A stretch of 64,000 bases of DNA, taken from contig CAXHJY010001240.1 of assembly GCA_964016885.1 (NCBI GenBank), positions 122,901-186,900 on the forward strand, in the 5' to 3' direction. Position numbers and translations under genes: made by a program. This stretch comes from Eledone cirrhosa. Its lineage: Eukaryota. This document shows, piece by piece, positions 20,311 to 33,447 of this stretch; position 1 is the first letter of the stretch, and each line of letters starts with the position of its first letter. The notes under the pieces were generated by a model. The model had not been told where the DNA came from and did no database searches. It worked only from the letters and a program-made list of their open reading frames with translations.

Positions 20311-20957
20311 ATAAACGACATTAGTTCTTTAAAACAATAGCTTGGTTGCTAAATCCCCTTTTCCCTTCCTGTACCAGTTATTTTCCTCAGATGTAAGGTA
20401 GACTAGTCTCTTTAGTCTTATCAAGGAATAACCTCTTCTGAGCTGGTGGCATGATAAAACGCACCCAGTCCTCATTCTGTAGATTAGTTGGTGATGGGAG
20501 GAGCATTCAGCCGTAAAACCTATGCCAAAATAATGGCATACACAGTGTCAGATGATTAAGGACTGGTGACTGGCAACGACATATTGTGAGATCCATCCAT
20601 TCCATGCCAGTCTAGAAAAACGAAATAAAATGATATATATATATAGAGTGTATGTGGTGTAAAGATCGGGAAGACCACAAATCAGGATAATACTCAATGC
20701 ATTAGGAAATGCTGAATGGGTGTATTGAAGTAGAATCTCAACAGTGAGCCCTGCTATTTCAACTTGTTTCTGCTTTTAGCCTTCTCGAAACCTGTGGAAA
20801 CAAGTTGAAATGGCGAGGCCTGCCATCGAGACTCTACCACTTCAACACATACTAACATACATACAAAATCGTACATGCCTCAATTACAACATAAATCTAA
20901 ACTTAAGTCTGTGTTATCCACAAACTCAAACAAATGCAAAGTGACCGATGAGCATTT

Positions 20958-21234
20958 AGTAATGTTGTTATATTTTATATTTACTTCTTTATATACACAC
21001 TCATAATGTTCTTTATACTTTTCATTAGTTTTTTTTATATACACACTGATAATGTTGTGAAATTCTATGTCAACTTCTTTATACATACATTGATTATGTT
21101 GTGTATATTTTACATTAACTTTATATAAACACTGATAATGTTTTATTTTACACACAGATAATGTGTCTATTTTACATTAACTTCTTTATATACACACACT
21201 AATAGTATTGTTTTTATTTTATAGCAACTTCTTT
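20958..21234 (+). repeat. Degenerate ~40-bp tandem repeat abutting the ACIN1 exon-2 acceptor
   Basis: About six units of the form (g)ataatgttgtatattttacattaacttctttatatacacact. Confidence 0.7.
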
Positions 21235-21270
21235 TGGAGAAACTTCAAAGTTTGCCTGTAGATGAAGAAG
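21225..21270 (+). CDS. ACIN1: ACIN1 coding exon 2 (QLLLEKLQSLPVDEE)
   Basis: tttttattttatAG acceptor and GTATGT donor. In phase 0 with exon 1. Matches human ALMLENLQK. Confidence 0.88.
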
Positions 21271-21400
21271 GTATGTTTGAAATTATTTTTTTCATAAAAT
21301 ATTAAATTTATAATTCAGATAGTATTTATTATGGTAATATTTACTTCATAGAAGTGAATGAGAGGATGTGAAACTAATAATATTTAGTTAATTGTACAAT

Positions 21401-21588
21401 TGTTTCTACTTTTGGCACAAGGCCAGCAATTACCCAGTGCATTACTGGTACTTTATTTTATCGACCTCGTAAGGATGAAAGGCATAGTTAACCTCAGCGG
21501 GATTTGAACTCAGAATAGCAAGGGCCGTAACTCTATGCTGGGAAGCATGGCGTCTGACCCTCTACCGATACTGCCAATCCACCAACCC
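21401..21588 (-). mobile_element. SINE family A copy
   Basis: Reverse complement of 950-1134. 13-bp target-site duplication TTAATTGTACAAT (21388-21400 and 21589-21601). Confidence 0.9.
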
Positions 21589-23911
21589 TTAATTGTACAA
21601 TAATATTGTCTAATCTTAAAAGTAACATTATCAAAATGTAGATATTAACGGTTTAAAATACACTAGATATTTTGAAGAAACTGTTATTGTTGTTATTGTT
21701 TATGCTTAGTCAGACAGTTCCAGTAGACCTATAATCATAAGTGTTGCAGATATGATCAGCCTGTCTTTTTTCTTCTTCAGAGATTGTGTGTCTTGGACTA
21801 CATTATCCAATGTATTCTTTTCTTTTTTAAGAAAGTAGTGTGTGCTTTCAGATAAACATACCTCCTATTTCTAGCTGGTCAAGCAACCATATAGAGGTTC
21901 TATGAAGAAACTAATAATATTGAGGTCAGGATATGGTTTAGCTCATTGTAACCATTTTACATTCCACTGGTATGGGTTGGATAGGTTGTCGTGATTGGTT
22001 CGAGACCTGATGGTTTGCTCTGACCTATCTTGCTTGTTTTGTTCCATATTTTGCACGGTTTCTATGGTGGATGCTCTTCCTAACACCAACACCATAAAGT
22101 CTTTATATTTATCTAAAAACCTTCCATTATAGAAACAATTATTATTTTATGTAAGAACCTTTGTTATGTTCCAAACACCAACTTAATGAGAAATTTAGTT
22201 ATATTATTAAATCCCTTCAAATTTTGCATTATTTAAAAAAATCATAAACAATGTCTTTTATTAGAAATACAGTAATAAAAACATTAAATAGTGTTATTTA
22301 GAACATAGCTGGTTGGAAAATATTTTTTTTAAATTCAAAGAAAAGGTGTAAAACTCCTAACATTCTATTCCATGTGAAACTACATCAACTAATCTAGAGA
22401 CAAAAACTCTAGCTCCTACCAATATTGTTATCTTTCTGAGTTTTTTCAACCCTTAACCCTAACCTGACATTATGTCTCCTTCAAAACATCGAATAAGCAC
22501 TTGTATATAAAGTTTTTGAACATAAGTGGAGTTTGAATAAGAGCGGGGAGGGGGTTGTGTAACCAATTGACCACATAAAATGCAGGTCCACTATATGGTA
22601 TTATATATGTCTAATTACTTCCCCTTACTCTACCTTGTTCATTTTGTTTTTCTCTGTCTCTCTCTCTCTCTTACTACTTCCAATTTTTTGATTCATCAAT
22701 TCTGTCCTTCGTAATCATCATCATTTAACTTCTGTTTTCCCTGCTAGCAAGTATTGGGCTGGTTGTCAGTAGACTAGATTTGTACTAAAAGCAGAGCCTA
22801 CATACCACTTACATACATTCCTGTACTCTACTGAGTACTTAAATGGGCCTGTGACCTGCAAATCACTGACAGTCCAGTGCACTACTGGGGTCCCTATCAT
22901 TAAATTACCCAAGACACCTCCAACGAGATATACCTTGGAGGAGGCCAGCTAAACCTGCATAGGTGTGAGCTGTCATACACACACACACACACACACACAC
23001 TACTGAGTGCATTTTATTGTGACACCAGCACTCGGGAGGTTGTCATGTTTTCGACACAGCTGAAGAGTCTTTTGGACCCTTTGTTTAGTAGGTTTTCTAT
23101 GGCTAGATGCCCTTCCTATCACTAACAACTGTTTCGTTCCTGTAGGGAAGCCATTCATATAATCATCATCTTCATTTTTATGTCTGTTTCTCTGTGCTTT
23201 CATGGGTTAGAAGAGTTTTCTCCAATATAGCATCTTTCCTTTGTGGTATCTCTACCTTGTTTCTTTTGTCATCACCTTTTTGAGGTTCAGAATCCTGAGA
23301 TCTTTCACCCTTTCTGCACTGGCCATATTAGATTTTTTACTTCTGTGGTTTCTTTCCATTTGGAAGTTCTGACACTTTTTTACCCATTGATCATCATCCA
23401 TGTGCATTATGTGGCAGCATTAATGCAATCTTTTCTCCAGTACATCCACCTATGATTCCTCTTAGACTTATTTCTTTTCACAACTCCTCTTTGCTTTATC
23501 ATTCATGTACACTAACATAACAAATTCAGTTTTGGATAGGTACACTGTATCCCTGTGTGTTGCAAGAGGTGACTAAAAGTTGTTGGTGTAAAAAGGGCAT
23601 CTGGCTGTAAAACATTGCCTGAAAAAGGACCATGTTATGGGCCTACAATGCTAACCTCTGCTTTAGCAGACAAAATGGCCTTAAAACATTTACTTCTGTA
23701 AACTGGCCATATCTGGCCAGACTTGGAAGATGGACATTAAACGATGATGATGATGAATCCCTCATCTCTTTCTGTTCAAATCGGCCATAACCATCCACTC
23801 ATACCAACATTAAGGTATTGTTCTCAAAATAAATAATATCAAAATCTCATAGATTCGATATTATGTGAGATAAAGCCTTTACCATGAAAATGCAATCGTA
23901 AATATAGAGTA

Positions 23912-24242
23912 ATCATCATTTTACGTCCGCTTTTTCCCTGCTTGCAAGGATGGGATGGGAACTGATTCTGGCTTGATTTCTACAGCTGGATGTCCTTCCT
24001 AACATCAACCTCATTTACAGTGAGTGCTGGGTGCTTTTTTGCCGTGGCACCTCCACGACCACTTTGCAGTGGAATGATATGGACCCCAGTCCCTATCATC
24101 TCATTTCTACAGCTGAGTAAACTGGAGCAATGTGAAATAAAGTGTCTTGCTCAAGGAAACAACATATCACCCGGTCTGAGAATTGAACTCACAACCTTTC
24201 TATTGCAAGGCCAATGCTCTAACCATTAAGCCATGTGCCTCC
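23912..24242 (-). mobile_element. tRNA-head SINE, family B, with CORE-like domain and RTE-derived tail
   Basis: Minus strand has A box TGGCTTAATGG, B box GAGTTCAATTC, CCTTGAGCAAGACACTT and tail GCAAGCAGGGAAAAAAGCGGACGTAAAATGATG. Near-identical to 48665-48998. Confidence 0.85.
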
Positions 24243-24494
24243 AGTAATGTAAATGCTAAAGGGTTAAATATGCTATTTGTATCAGGTTTAAAATAGGTAT
24301 ACTGTATCCTTGTTGTGAGAGGCAACTAAAAGAGTTGGTGGCAGGAAGGGCACCTGACCATAAAACATTTCCTCAAAAAGGATGCAATGCTAACCTCTGC
24401 TTTATCAGTGAAAATAGTCTTACAATGCTTGTTGTTGATATTTGGATATAATTGTTTTTGTCTAACTCATGCAAGCATGGAAAATAGATATTAA

Positions 24495-25760
24495 CGTTTT
24501 AGTGTTCAAACCGCCTGAAACCGTCCGAAATTATTTCCCCTTCATTTGTTCAAAACGCCCGAAATCGCCCGATAATGCCCACACTAAAATATCGTTCTAA
24601 AAACAAACAAACCATCATCAAAATCTCGTCAATTCGATAATTACTGTGAGATTAGGCCCTTACCACGAAAATTAACACTTAATATAGTGAAACAACTTAA
24701 AACAACATGTGTTTTTTTAACATTGAAAGTAGAACAGATTTTTGTGTGTATTAACATGGCTTGTGAAAGTAGCGATACCGACTTTGCACACAATGACATT
24801 CAGAATGAACAAGAAACAAAAGATAATATTAGTGATTTATCTTCAAATGAATCAGATGTTTACATTTCTGAAATTTCATCCGACGATGATTGTTGTTTTG
24901 AAAGTGAAAACGAAGGAGATCTCCAGGGTGCCATTGAAAATATTACAGCAACGTGGTTGAAAAATACCACACTAATATATGTTCCTGATTTTATTCAAAA
25001 TACTGGTCCACAACACACATTACCTCCCGATGCTAAAGCACTGGATTATTTCTTTTTGTTTTTACCACAAACTTTCTTTGAAGTTGTGGCAGAAGAGATT
25101 AATCGATATGCCCAACAACAGATTTCAAATCGAAGGAAAACCCGATCAGTTTGGCGACCGACAGATGCGGAAATGCAAGCGTTTTTTACCGTAAATATTA
25201 TGTTCGGTATAAAACAATTTCCAAGACTGTGGAATTACTGGAGCACTGATATAAGGTTTAGTGATCCTTATATATCAAGTATTATGCCGAAAACAACGTA
25301 TTTAATATTAAACCAGTATATACTTCAAATGCCCCTATTAATTAATTTGACCTGCCCATAAAAGTCAAATTTAACCAAAAAAATCAGGTAAAATTATATA
25401 ATTGTAAATTATTGATATTTAAACATCTACTGACAACATTTCAAGCCTGCACATAGAAAATTAAGAAAATTACAAACAAATAAAATTGATAACCCTCTTG
25501 AGTATGATTAACTCAAAATAATTGTTTCTACTTTAGGCACAAGGCCAGCAATTACCCAGTGCATTACTGGTACTTTATTTTATCGACCCCGTAAGGATGA
25601 AAGGCAAAGTCAACCTCGGCGGGATTTGAACTCAGATCATAAAGGGACGTAACTATGCTGGTAAGCATGGCATCCGACCCTCTACCGATACTGCCAATCC
25701 ACTCAAAATAATGCGAACAGATAAGCATGACATTTGAAATATAATGCGAATGCTAAAGGG
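24495..25760 (+). mobile_element. Internally deleted piggyBac transposon (PGBD4-like transposase N-terminal half, ORF 24687-25361)
   Basis: Flanked by TTAA (24491-24494 and 25761-25764), right end ...TAAAGGG. Acidic N-terminus followed by LDYFFLFL...EINRYAQQ...WRPTDAEMQAFF...GIKQFPRLWNYWSTD...IMP. The DDD catalytic core is missing. Confidence 0.85.
25523..25700 (-). mobile_element. SINE family A copy nested in the piggyBac element
   Basis: Reverse complement of 950-1134. Target-site duplication ACTCAAAATAAT (25511-25522 and 25701-25712). Confidence 0.9.
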
Positions 25761-25999
25761 TTAAACAGTGATTATGATGTTATGATTTAGCTATGATAAT
25801 TCTGATTTCATCTTTAGATTCTCTCTGACTATTATAGAACAGTGCCAGATTTGTGTCTAATATTTTTCATTTAGTGCAATATTTATTTTATATTTTTGTC
25901 ATTCCTTTCTAAACTCATTACCTAAAGTAGGTAATAAGTTTAGTGTGCAGGAAGTGTTCTTCAGGGCCCAGTCTTCAATCCAGTTCTATTTATTATAGT

Positions 26000-26905
26000 C
26001 TTCAAGGCCATAGTGAAGGTGTTTAAGACCAGCTGTCGATGGGAACTTGTGCTTGCTAATGACCTGGTTCTTATCTGTGTTAGAATTTGAGAACAAATTC
26101 CTACTGTGGAAACAGAACCTAGAATCAAAAAGTCTCAGAGTAAACTTAGCAAAGACCAAAGTTTTATTAAGTAGGAAAGAAGACAGGACTCTTGTTCCAT
26201 CAGGGAAGTGACTATCTAGAAAAGAGCAGGTAGGAACTCTATATGATGTACTCAATGTAAAACATAAGTTCATAAGAAGTGTAGTGGAATTGTAGGCAGA
26301 CTAGCAGAAAAGGTGAAAGAGATGCACAAGAGTAGTTAGTTGTAAGAGCCCCAGTAAAATAAAAAATTTTTCTCAACCTTGGGAACACTCTATAGAAATA
26401 GTTGATAGCTTCTGTTACCAAGTTGAACTAATTGGTAAGGGAGAAGGTTGCTCTAAAAGTATAGTAACTAGAATAAGAACAGGATGGAAATGCTGTTATA
26501 TGGAAGTGACACATGGGCTGTGAAGGCTGGAGAGAAATGAAGCAAGGATACTCTGGTGGATATGTCAAGTTAATATGTGTGAACAGTAAAGAATGGATGG
26601 GCTGAGAGAAAAACTGGATAGAAGAGGAATCAAATGTATGTGCAAGAGACAAGACTGCACTGGTATGGACGTGTGATGCATACAGATGATGATCATTGCA
26701 TGAAGAAGTACCAAAAGTTCTTAGTGGAGAGAAGGTGCAGTAGAGGAAGATCTGGGCAAAAGTGATGAGAGCAGATCTCAAAACACTGAACCTCAAAGAG
26801 ATGATGAAAGAACACAAATGGAGGGAAGCTGTACTTGAAAAGACTTGTCCAACCCATGCAAACATGGAAGAACAGACATAAAGAACGATGATGATGATGA
26901 TGATG
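26000..26905 (+). mobile_element. Degenerate RTE-clade LINE 3' fragment with (GAT)n tail
   Basis: Remnants WELVLANDLVL, LESKSLRVNLAKTKVL, GSDTWA and LHWYGRV, ending in a gatgatgat tail. Confidence 0.7.
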
Positions 26906-27988
26906 CACCAGCATTACCGGTTTGCACTAGCACTTTACAGAGTGTACTGGGTGCATTTTATTGTGGCATCTCCACTACCACTTTACAGCGTACTCGGTGC
27001 ATTTTATCATGGCACCAGCACTAAAGTGACCAGTGTCTGCAGAACCCTATGAACATTGAATAGAATGCTTTGTAGTATTCATTTCAGCTCTCTCTGCTCT
27101 TTGAGTTCCAATCCCGTTGAGGTCAACTTTGTCTTTGATCCTTTTGAGGTCGATAAAAATAGTACCAGTCCAATACTGAGGTTAATTCTGCCTCTACATT
27201 TCTCTATTGCTCTCTATTTCCTTCTCTCTAAGAAGCCAGTTGTTTTCCAATTTGGAAAGGGCTGGTTCTGTCAGTTTTAATGTGTCCAAGACATGCTGTA
27301 TCTCACAATGATGCCTCTATAACCGCATCAGGTGTTCCGGGTCCATACAAAAATACAATGTAGTGGGTTAAAGCAGCAAATTGGCAGTGTCATTAGAGCC
27401 ATGTGGTGTTTATTCTGTCTCTCTCTCTACACTCAGTTAAACCCTGCTGTGGTCAATTTTGCCTTTCATCCTTCTGATGGCAGAAAAATAAAGTATCAGT
27501 GAAGTACTGGAGTCTATTGGTCTCTGGAGGAAATCAGCTGTAGTCAAACCTGGTAAGGGATGGGCACCACTATGTTTAAATGGTCAAGTCACAGTGGCAG
27601 CTCAATGACTCCATCAGAAGTTGGGGGCTTGAAACAAAGGCAAGGCAATTTATCATGCTGTAAGATGTAAAACATAGATTGTCTGTATACTACACTTGAG
27701 TATGTTTTTTTTTTTTGTTTTTTTTTTTACAATAATGTACCAAGCATTGAAAGGCCAGGTTCCCAGCTAAAGCAGGATTAGCCTTGCAGGCTCCACAACA
27801 GGCTTCCCCACCAACCTCTTGGCTTTTATTTCTTCCTCATCTTTAACCATGTCTTTCTTGGTCTTCTCTTTCTTCTACTCCCTTCCACATACATTCCCAT
27901 CACTTCTCTCACCCAGTCAGTCATCCTTCCACATCACGAGAGTATATAATATAAGAAGTTTCATATTTTATTTTTTAAATGTATATAA

Positions 27989-28021
<33 letters not shown>

Positions 28022-28232
28022 AGTTTATATAAGTTTTATTCAAAATTAAATATTTACTTTGTTTATATATATATTGACACCAGGAAATAAATGATAAATG
28101 TCAGGTGAATTTAACAGTTTTTGTTTGTTTTTAAATAATTAAAATGACTCTTCAACAATGTAATTTGTATAATATATATGTATATTGTATAATATATAAA
28201 CCATTTTTGATACAAGGTTTTGTTGTTTTCAG

Positions 28233-28252
28233 AAACTGTTCCCAACTCAAAA
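28233..28252 (+). CDS. ACIN1: ACIN1 20-nt micro-exon (E)TVPNSK
   Basis: ttttgttgttttcAG acceptor and GTAAGT donor. Continues the phase-1 end of exon 2. PNSK matches human PNSQ. Confidence 0.7.
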
Positions 28253-29339
28253 GTAAGTATTAAATTAATTCCTGTTAGTCAACACCAAAAAAAAAACAAC
28301 AAAAAAACCATTAATAGTTTCACTTCATATAACTGTAGGCAGTGAATTTGCAGAGTAAGTTAAAGCATCAGATTAAATGCTTCAGTATATGTACTGGCTC
28401 TCTGCTCTCTAAGTTCAAATCCTACCTAGGACAACTTTGATTTTCATGTTTAAGGAGTCGATAAAAGAAGTACCAGTTGGTGGAGGTAGAGGTAATTGGC
28501 TGAATTCTTAAAGAGTCGGACTGGCTGGTTTACAGCATTTGTCCTGGCTCTCTGCATTTTCAGTTCAAATCTAGTTTCATTCTGACAGATAGTATCAGCA
28601 ACAGATATATCAATGGAAATATTAATTTTCTGTTTCTTTTTTCCTTTTTCATATAGTTTCAGCATTGAAATGAAAGTAATTCTCCTGTAAATCTTTACTC
28701 AAAGATTAAGCCCTGCTCTGACTAACTCTTTGTATGTAGGTTGTTGTTAGAGTTGATATTGTTTTAGCTCCAGGCTAGCCATGATCAAGTGATGATAATA
28801 AGAGGATGCCCCTTTAGATTGTAAGGAGTAAATGGTTGAAACACTTGCACTAGGGTGGTGGTGGGGGACTCTTGCTGTGCAGCTCTTCCTAGAGTTTCTT
28901 ACTATGATTCCTGTCATCAGCTATTGCATAAAGCCACACTGGTTTTATGATACAAAACTGTTAATTTTAAAATCCATACACATATTTAAACCTATTGTAA
29001 TTTTATTTTATAAAATTATGGAATTTTGGTTAAGTAATGTTACTTATCAGTTAAATAATTAAAGTCAGTTATTTCATTAAATCCCTTCAGATTTTTATTA
29101 TTATTTTCAAAATTAATTGAAACGCATAGGCAGTGTATCTCATTAGAAATACAGTAACAAAAGAGTTAAACAGTAAAACTGCTTGTATTATACAATAATC
29201 ACCATGGAGAAGTATGACAAACAAGAAAAAAATATGGGATGAAAAAGTCTTGAAGGAACTATAGATGTCTAGGGTGCATTTTTTTCTACAATATAATTGA
29301 TATCACTAATTTGACATAGATAAAATTCTTACAACCTGC

Positions 29340-29372
<33 letters not shown>

Positions 29373-29384
29373 TAATAGATTACA

Positions 29385-31000
29385 TGAATACACCAAATGT
29401 TTCTAGAAAAGATGATAGTCAGGATATCCTAAGTGATACATTTCTAACTATAGAGTTAATTATAGATTTTGGATGGTTAAATTGATAGCTAATATATGAT
29501 AAGTTGGTGGATTGGCAGTATCGGTAGAGGGTCGGATGCCATGCTTTCCAGCATAGTTACGTCCCTTAACGATCTGAGTTCAAATCCCGCCGAGGTTGAC
29601 TTTGCCTTTCATCCTAACGGGGTCGATAAAGTAAAGTACTAGTAATGCACTGGGTAATTGCTGGCCTTGTGCCAAAAGTAGAAACAATTATTATTATGTA
29701 GGATTCGACCTAACCTGAGTAGAGATTCAGAGTTACATCTAAGAAGTTAGCTTTCTTAAAATTATGTTCAAGTGTTATTTTTAGGCTTACTCTACTGAAA
29801 AAGGATCTAATTTGCTTACGTATTTCTAATTTTTGACCATTAGTGTGTTTAATTAACAGGAGAACGTCATCTCTATAAATTCCTCTTAGGAGGTTACTAA
29901 ATTCCTTATGGAGATTATGGGTTATGCATATACCAACTACCTGCGCTGAGTCACTAGAGCCCATAATGATATCAAAGCTATTTATCCTATCTTTATGTAC
30001 CCAGTATTCATCCTCAGATGAAACAAGTGACTGTCTAGCTGCTATTATTATACTAATTTCTTCCCTAGTTTGGTCAGAGTTCTTTTTAGCGAAAGTGAGA
30101 GCTTTATTAAGGAGAACGGGGGTTATAGAAGAGTAGTATTCATTTATATAAAAGTGTATAAACTTAGAAATTTTCCTGTTCTCTATTCCCCTAAACCAAT
30201 GTATGACCTCACCTGTATTACCCCATAATTTGATCACTAATCTATTTTTTATTTGAGTTTTAATTCTATCTAGAATATGCTTACTTATCTGGCCCACATC
30301 AGATTTCGATGGACATAGCCTAATGAAGGGGTAAGAGTCAGTTACTTTTGTAGTCCTTAAGATTGAATGTAGGGCATTTAGAGATAAAGGTTTCCGTCCT
30401 ATCAGCTAGGCCCAATTCATTCATGATAATCAGTCCTCCGTTGTTGATATCCTTTACAGTAGTCATTTGCTTTCTTATATTTTCTATGTAATTCTTTTTG
30501 TATGAGGTTCCTATAGGTAGTAATATCCATAGAGTAAATGTTTCCTGTTTTGTCTGCCTTAACTAATATACTGTTGGTATTCTGTAACCTCCTCATTAAT
30601 AATTGTAGGTTCTTCTGGAATCCATTTGATTGTGTTCGTTTTAAAAATTTAATTTTACATATCAAACTCGAACTCCTCGCGATGCAGGTTGTGGGGTGGG
30701 TTTTTATGTACATATTTATCGTCCTGATAGTTTTTACTTTGGTGTCCGGAGTGTTTTTTAACATAGTGGTATGCTTTCCACCTGACTTGAATAAAATCAT
30801 TGGTTTTCTGTATCATGTTCATAATATAATCTTTTTCTCGTGGAATAGGTATGTTTTTTAAGGACATTCCTATGTGGTGTTTTTTCATATTGGTACTGCA
30901 AGTTGCTGTGGTGGCTCTTCCGTGTGGGAGGTGTGTACATAGATTATAGTAGATACCGGTTTCTGTTAATTAAATTTGTGTAACATGAAATCAAAGACTG
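29385..31000 (-). mobile_element. Decayed Penelope-like element (PLE) reverse transcriptase with terminal-repeat remnant
   Basis: Frameshifted pieces SLKNIPIP...RWKA, VKADKTGNIY, GQISKHILD, YYSSI, FDIIMGSSD, GIYRDD, ANFLDVTLNL, then after a SINE YISYQFNHPKSII. GAAACCGGTA (minus strand, 30954-30963) lies just upstream of the ORF. Confidence 0.85.
29506..29690 (+). mobile_element. SINE family A copy inserted into the PLE
   Basis: Near-identical to 950-1134. Confidence 0.9.
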
Positions 31001-31649
31001 TGTCAACATACAGTGGTTTTTGACTCAACATATAGATCGCTTTACCTAGTTGTTCTTGTGGTGATCAACTATAGGTACTATGAGTGGTAATTTCTGATTA
31101 TATCAAGAATCGCTATCCAACGTCAATTTCAGGATACTTCGACTTCAACTATGCTGCATCACGAGTTTTACATATCAACTTGTCAAAGCTGAACAATGTG
31201 TTTTTAAAAAGCAGTCGTGTTGATGACAGGAGAAAAAAATCACCCAGTCCACACTATAACATGGTTGACATTAGGAAGGGCATCCAGCCATAGAAACCAA
31301 GCCAAAATACAGATCAGTATGGGCAGGATGTTGTTACCTGACCTGACTTGTCATATAATGTGACAACTTATCTAACCCATGCAAGCATGGAAAAATTTAC
31401 GTTTAAACAATGTTGATAATGATGATGGCTGTATGGTTAAGAAATTTGCTTTGCAGTCATGTAGTTCTGGATTCAGTCTCACCACCACACAGCATTTTAG
31501 ACTAGTATCTTCTACCAATGCCTTATCAGTGGAATTTGGTTAACAGAAACTGTAGAAGCATGTTGTATATATGTATGTATTGTATGCGTGTGTGTATATA
31601 TATATATATATATATCATTGCCATTATTTAATGTTCATTTTTATTGATG

Positions 31650-31701
<52 letters not shown>

Positions 31702-32120
31702 TCCTACACACATGTGCTGGGCTTCTGCATTTTCCATCTACCAAATTCCACTCATAAGGAATTTTTGAACCCAAGGCTATAGAATATATATGTGTCAATG
31801 TGTCCATCCTTGTCTATGTTTATGTTTGTGTCTGTGTCTTAGTGGTTTGACAAAAATGCTATCATTAAAATAAGTACTGCAAGGTTGCAGTCTAATGGCT
31901 AAAACCAGTAATATATATTTATAGATAAAAAGTTAATACAACTTAATACAACACAGCTGCTAAGTATAACCTGTCTATGACTAACACGTATGTATACCAT
32001 GCCTCTATAGTGAACTTTACACAAACTAAGTTCTGTAATAGAAGATTTGTTTGTGGGTAAATATTATAACAATTGCCACAATTATACTTCTTTACTTAAG
32101 GAGTGTAATAGAATTTTTGT

Positions 32121-32357
32121 TTAAACCTTTTGGTGCAAAAAAACTGCATGCAACTGCCTCTGATTCCACAATACAAAGCTGTTTGCTTTAAAATGTTTAT
32201 ATTTATTTAAAAACTTTTCATTATAATTTTATGTAGAGAATCTTTTAAGTTATGCTCCAAACACCAGCTTAATGAAAAAATTAGTTATTTCATTAAATCC
32301 TTCTAAATTATTTTAAGGCAGTGATTTCATTAGAAATATAGGTAACAAAAGGGTTAA
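32121..32357. mobile_element. TTAA-flanked piggyBac-type MITE (related copies at ~15921-16144 and ~28920-29169)
   Basis: TTAA(A)CCTTTTG...ACAAAAGGG TTAA ends. The internal TCCAAACACCAGCTTAAT motif is shared with the 15921-16144 copy. Confidence 0.65.
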
Positions 32358-32894
32358 ACTTTCTGTAGATCTAAGGCAGGAGTCCCTGGTATCGATGGGA
32401 CTAACCAGGGGTCAATTGAACTTGTGGACTAAAACCTGAGATTTGTATATGAAATGAAAATACATAAAATAATACAATAACATACAACTTGCATATATAA
32501 GTTTTAAAAAAATTAGTATATAATTAGACTTTATTGTTTATTTATAATATATTCCTTTTAGTTATTTATTTGTGTACATGTTTGAGGGTCGATGTGACAG
32601 TTCAAGGATTCCATGAAGGGATAGATGGTCTAAAACATTTGGGTATTCCTGCTGTGAAATATATTATTAATAAAGTAATACAAGTTACAACTTGCTTATA
32701 CAGGTTTCTGATTAATATATAATTAGTCTTTATCATCACCATCATCATCTAACATCTATGTTCCATGCTAGCATGGGTTAGACGGGTTGTCCTGTTTGAG
32801 GCTAGTTGGATCAGGTGACTAATTCTGGCCCATACAGAACTGTTTCTGGCTTCGTTTCAATTGCTGGATGCCCTTCCTAACACCAACCACATCT

Positions 32895-33447
32895 ACAGTG
32901 TGTGCCGGGTGCTTTTTGTTGTGACACCTACACGACCACATTATAATGTGTGCTGGGTGCTTTTTGTCGTGACACCTCCACGACCACTTTACAGTGTGGA
33001 CTGGCTGACTTTTGTTGTGACACCTACGTGACCACTTTACAGTGTAGATTGGGTGCTTTTTGTTTTGACACTTACAAGAACACTTTATAGTGTGGGCTGG
33101 GTGTTTTTTGTTGTGACACCTACATGACCATTTTACAGTGGGCTGGGTTGTTTTTTTTTTGTGACACCTAAAAGACCACTTTACAGTGTGGACTGGGTTG
33201 TTTTTGTTGTGACAATACCTACATGACCATTTTACAGTGTGAGCTGGGTTGTTTTTGTTGTGACACCTACAAGACCACTTTACAGTGTGGGCTGTTTGCT
33301 TTTTGTTGTCACAATACCTATATGACCACTTTACAGTGTGGCTGGGTGCGTTTTGTTGTGACACCTGCATGACCATTTTATAGTGTTGACCGCTGTACAG
33401 TGTGGGCTGGGTGTTTTTTGTTGTGACACCTACAAGACCACTTTACT
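32895..33447. repeat. 48-bp minisatellite formed by tandem amplification of a SINE internal segment
   Basis: About 11-12 units of ACAGTGTGGGCTGGGTGCTTTTTGTTGTGACACCTACATGACCACTTT, directly following a SINE tail (32733-32895). Confidence 0.9.

Noticed and set aside
24170-24242. tRNA gene
   Set aside because: The A and B boxes belong to a SINE head. There is no complete cloverleaf and it continues into the SINE body.
24687-25361. Domesticated PGBD gene
   Set aside because: Truncated before the catalytic core, still bounded by TTAA and transposon ends, and the element is interrupted by a SINE.
27991-28021. Poly-C run (also 3672-3690) as a G-quadruplex element
   Set aside because: Simple homopolymer of unreliable length, with no other support for function.
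32819-33376. 185-aa Cys/His-rich repeat protein, or a CRISPR-like array
   Set aside because: It is the 48-bp SINE-derived minisatellite. It has no unique spacers, and the context is eukaryotic.
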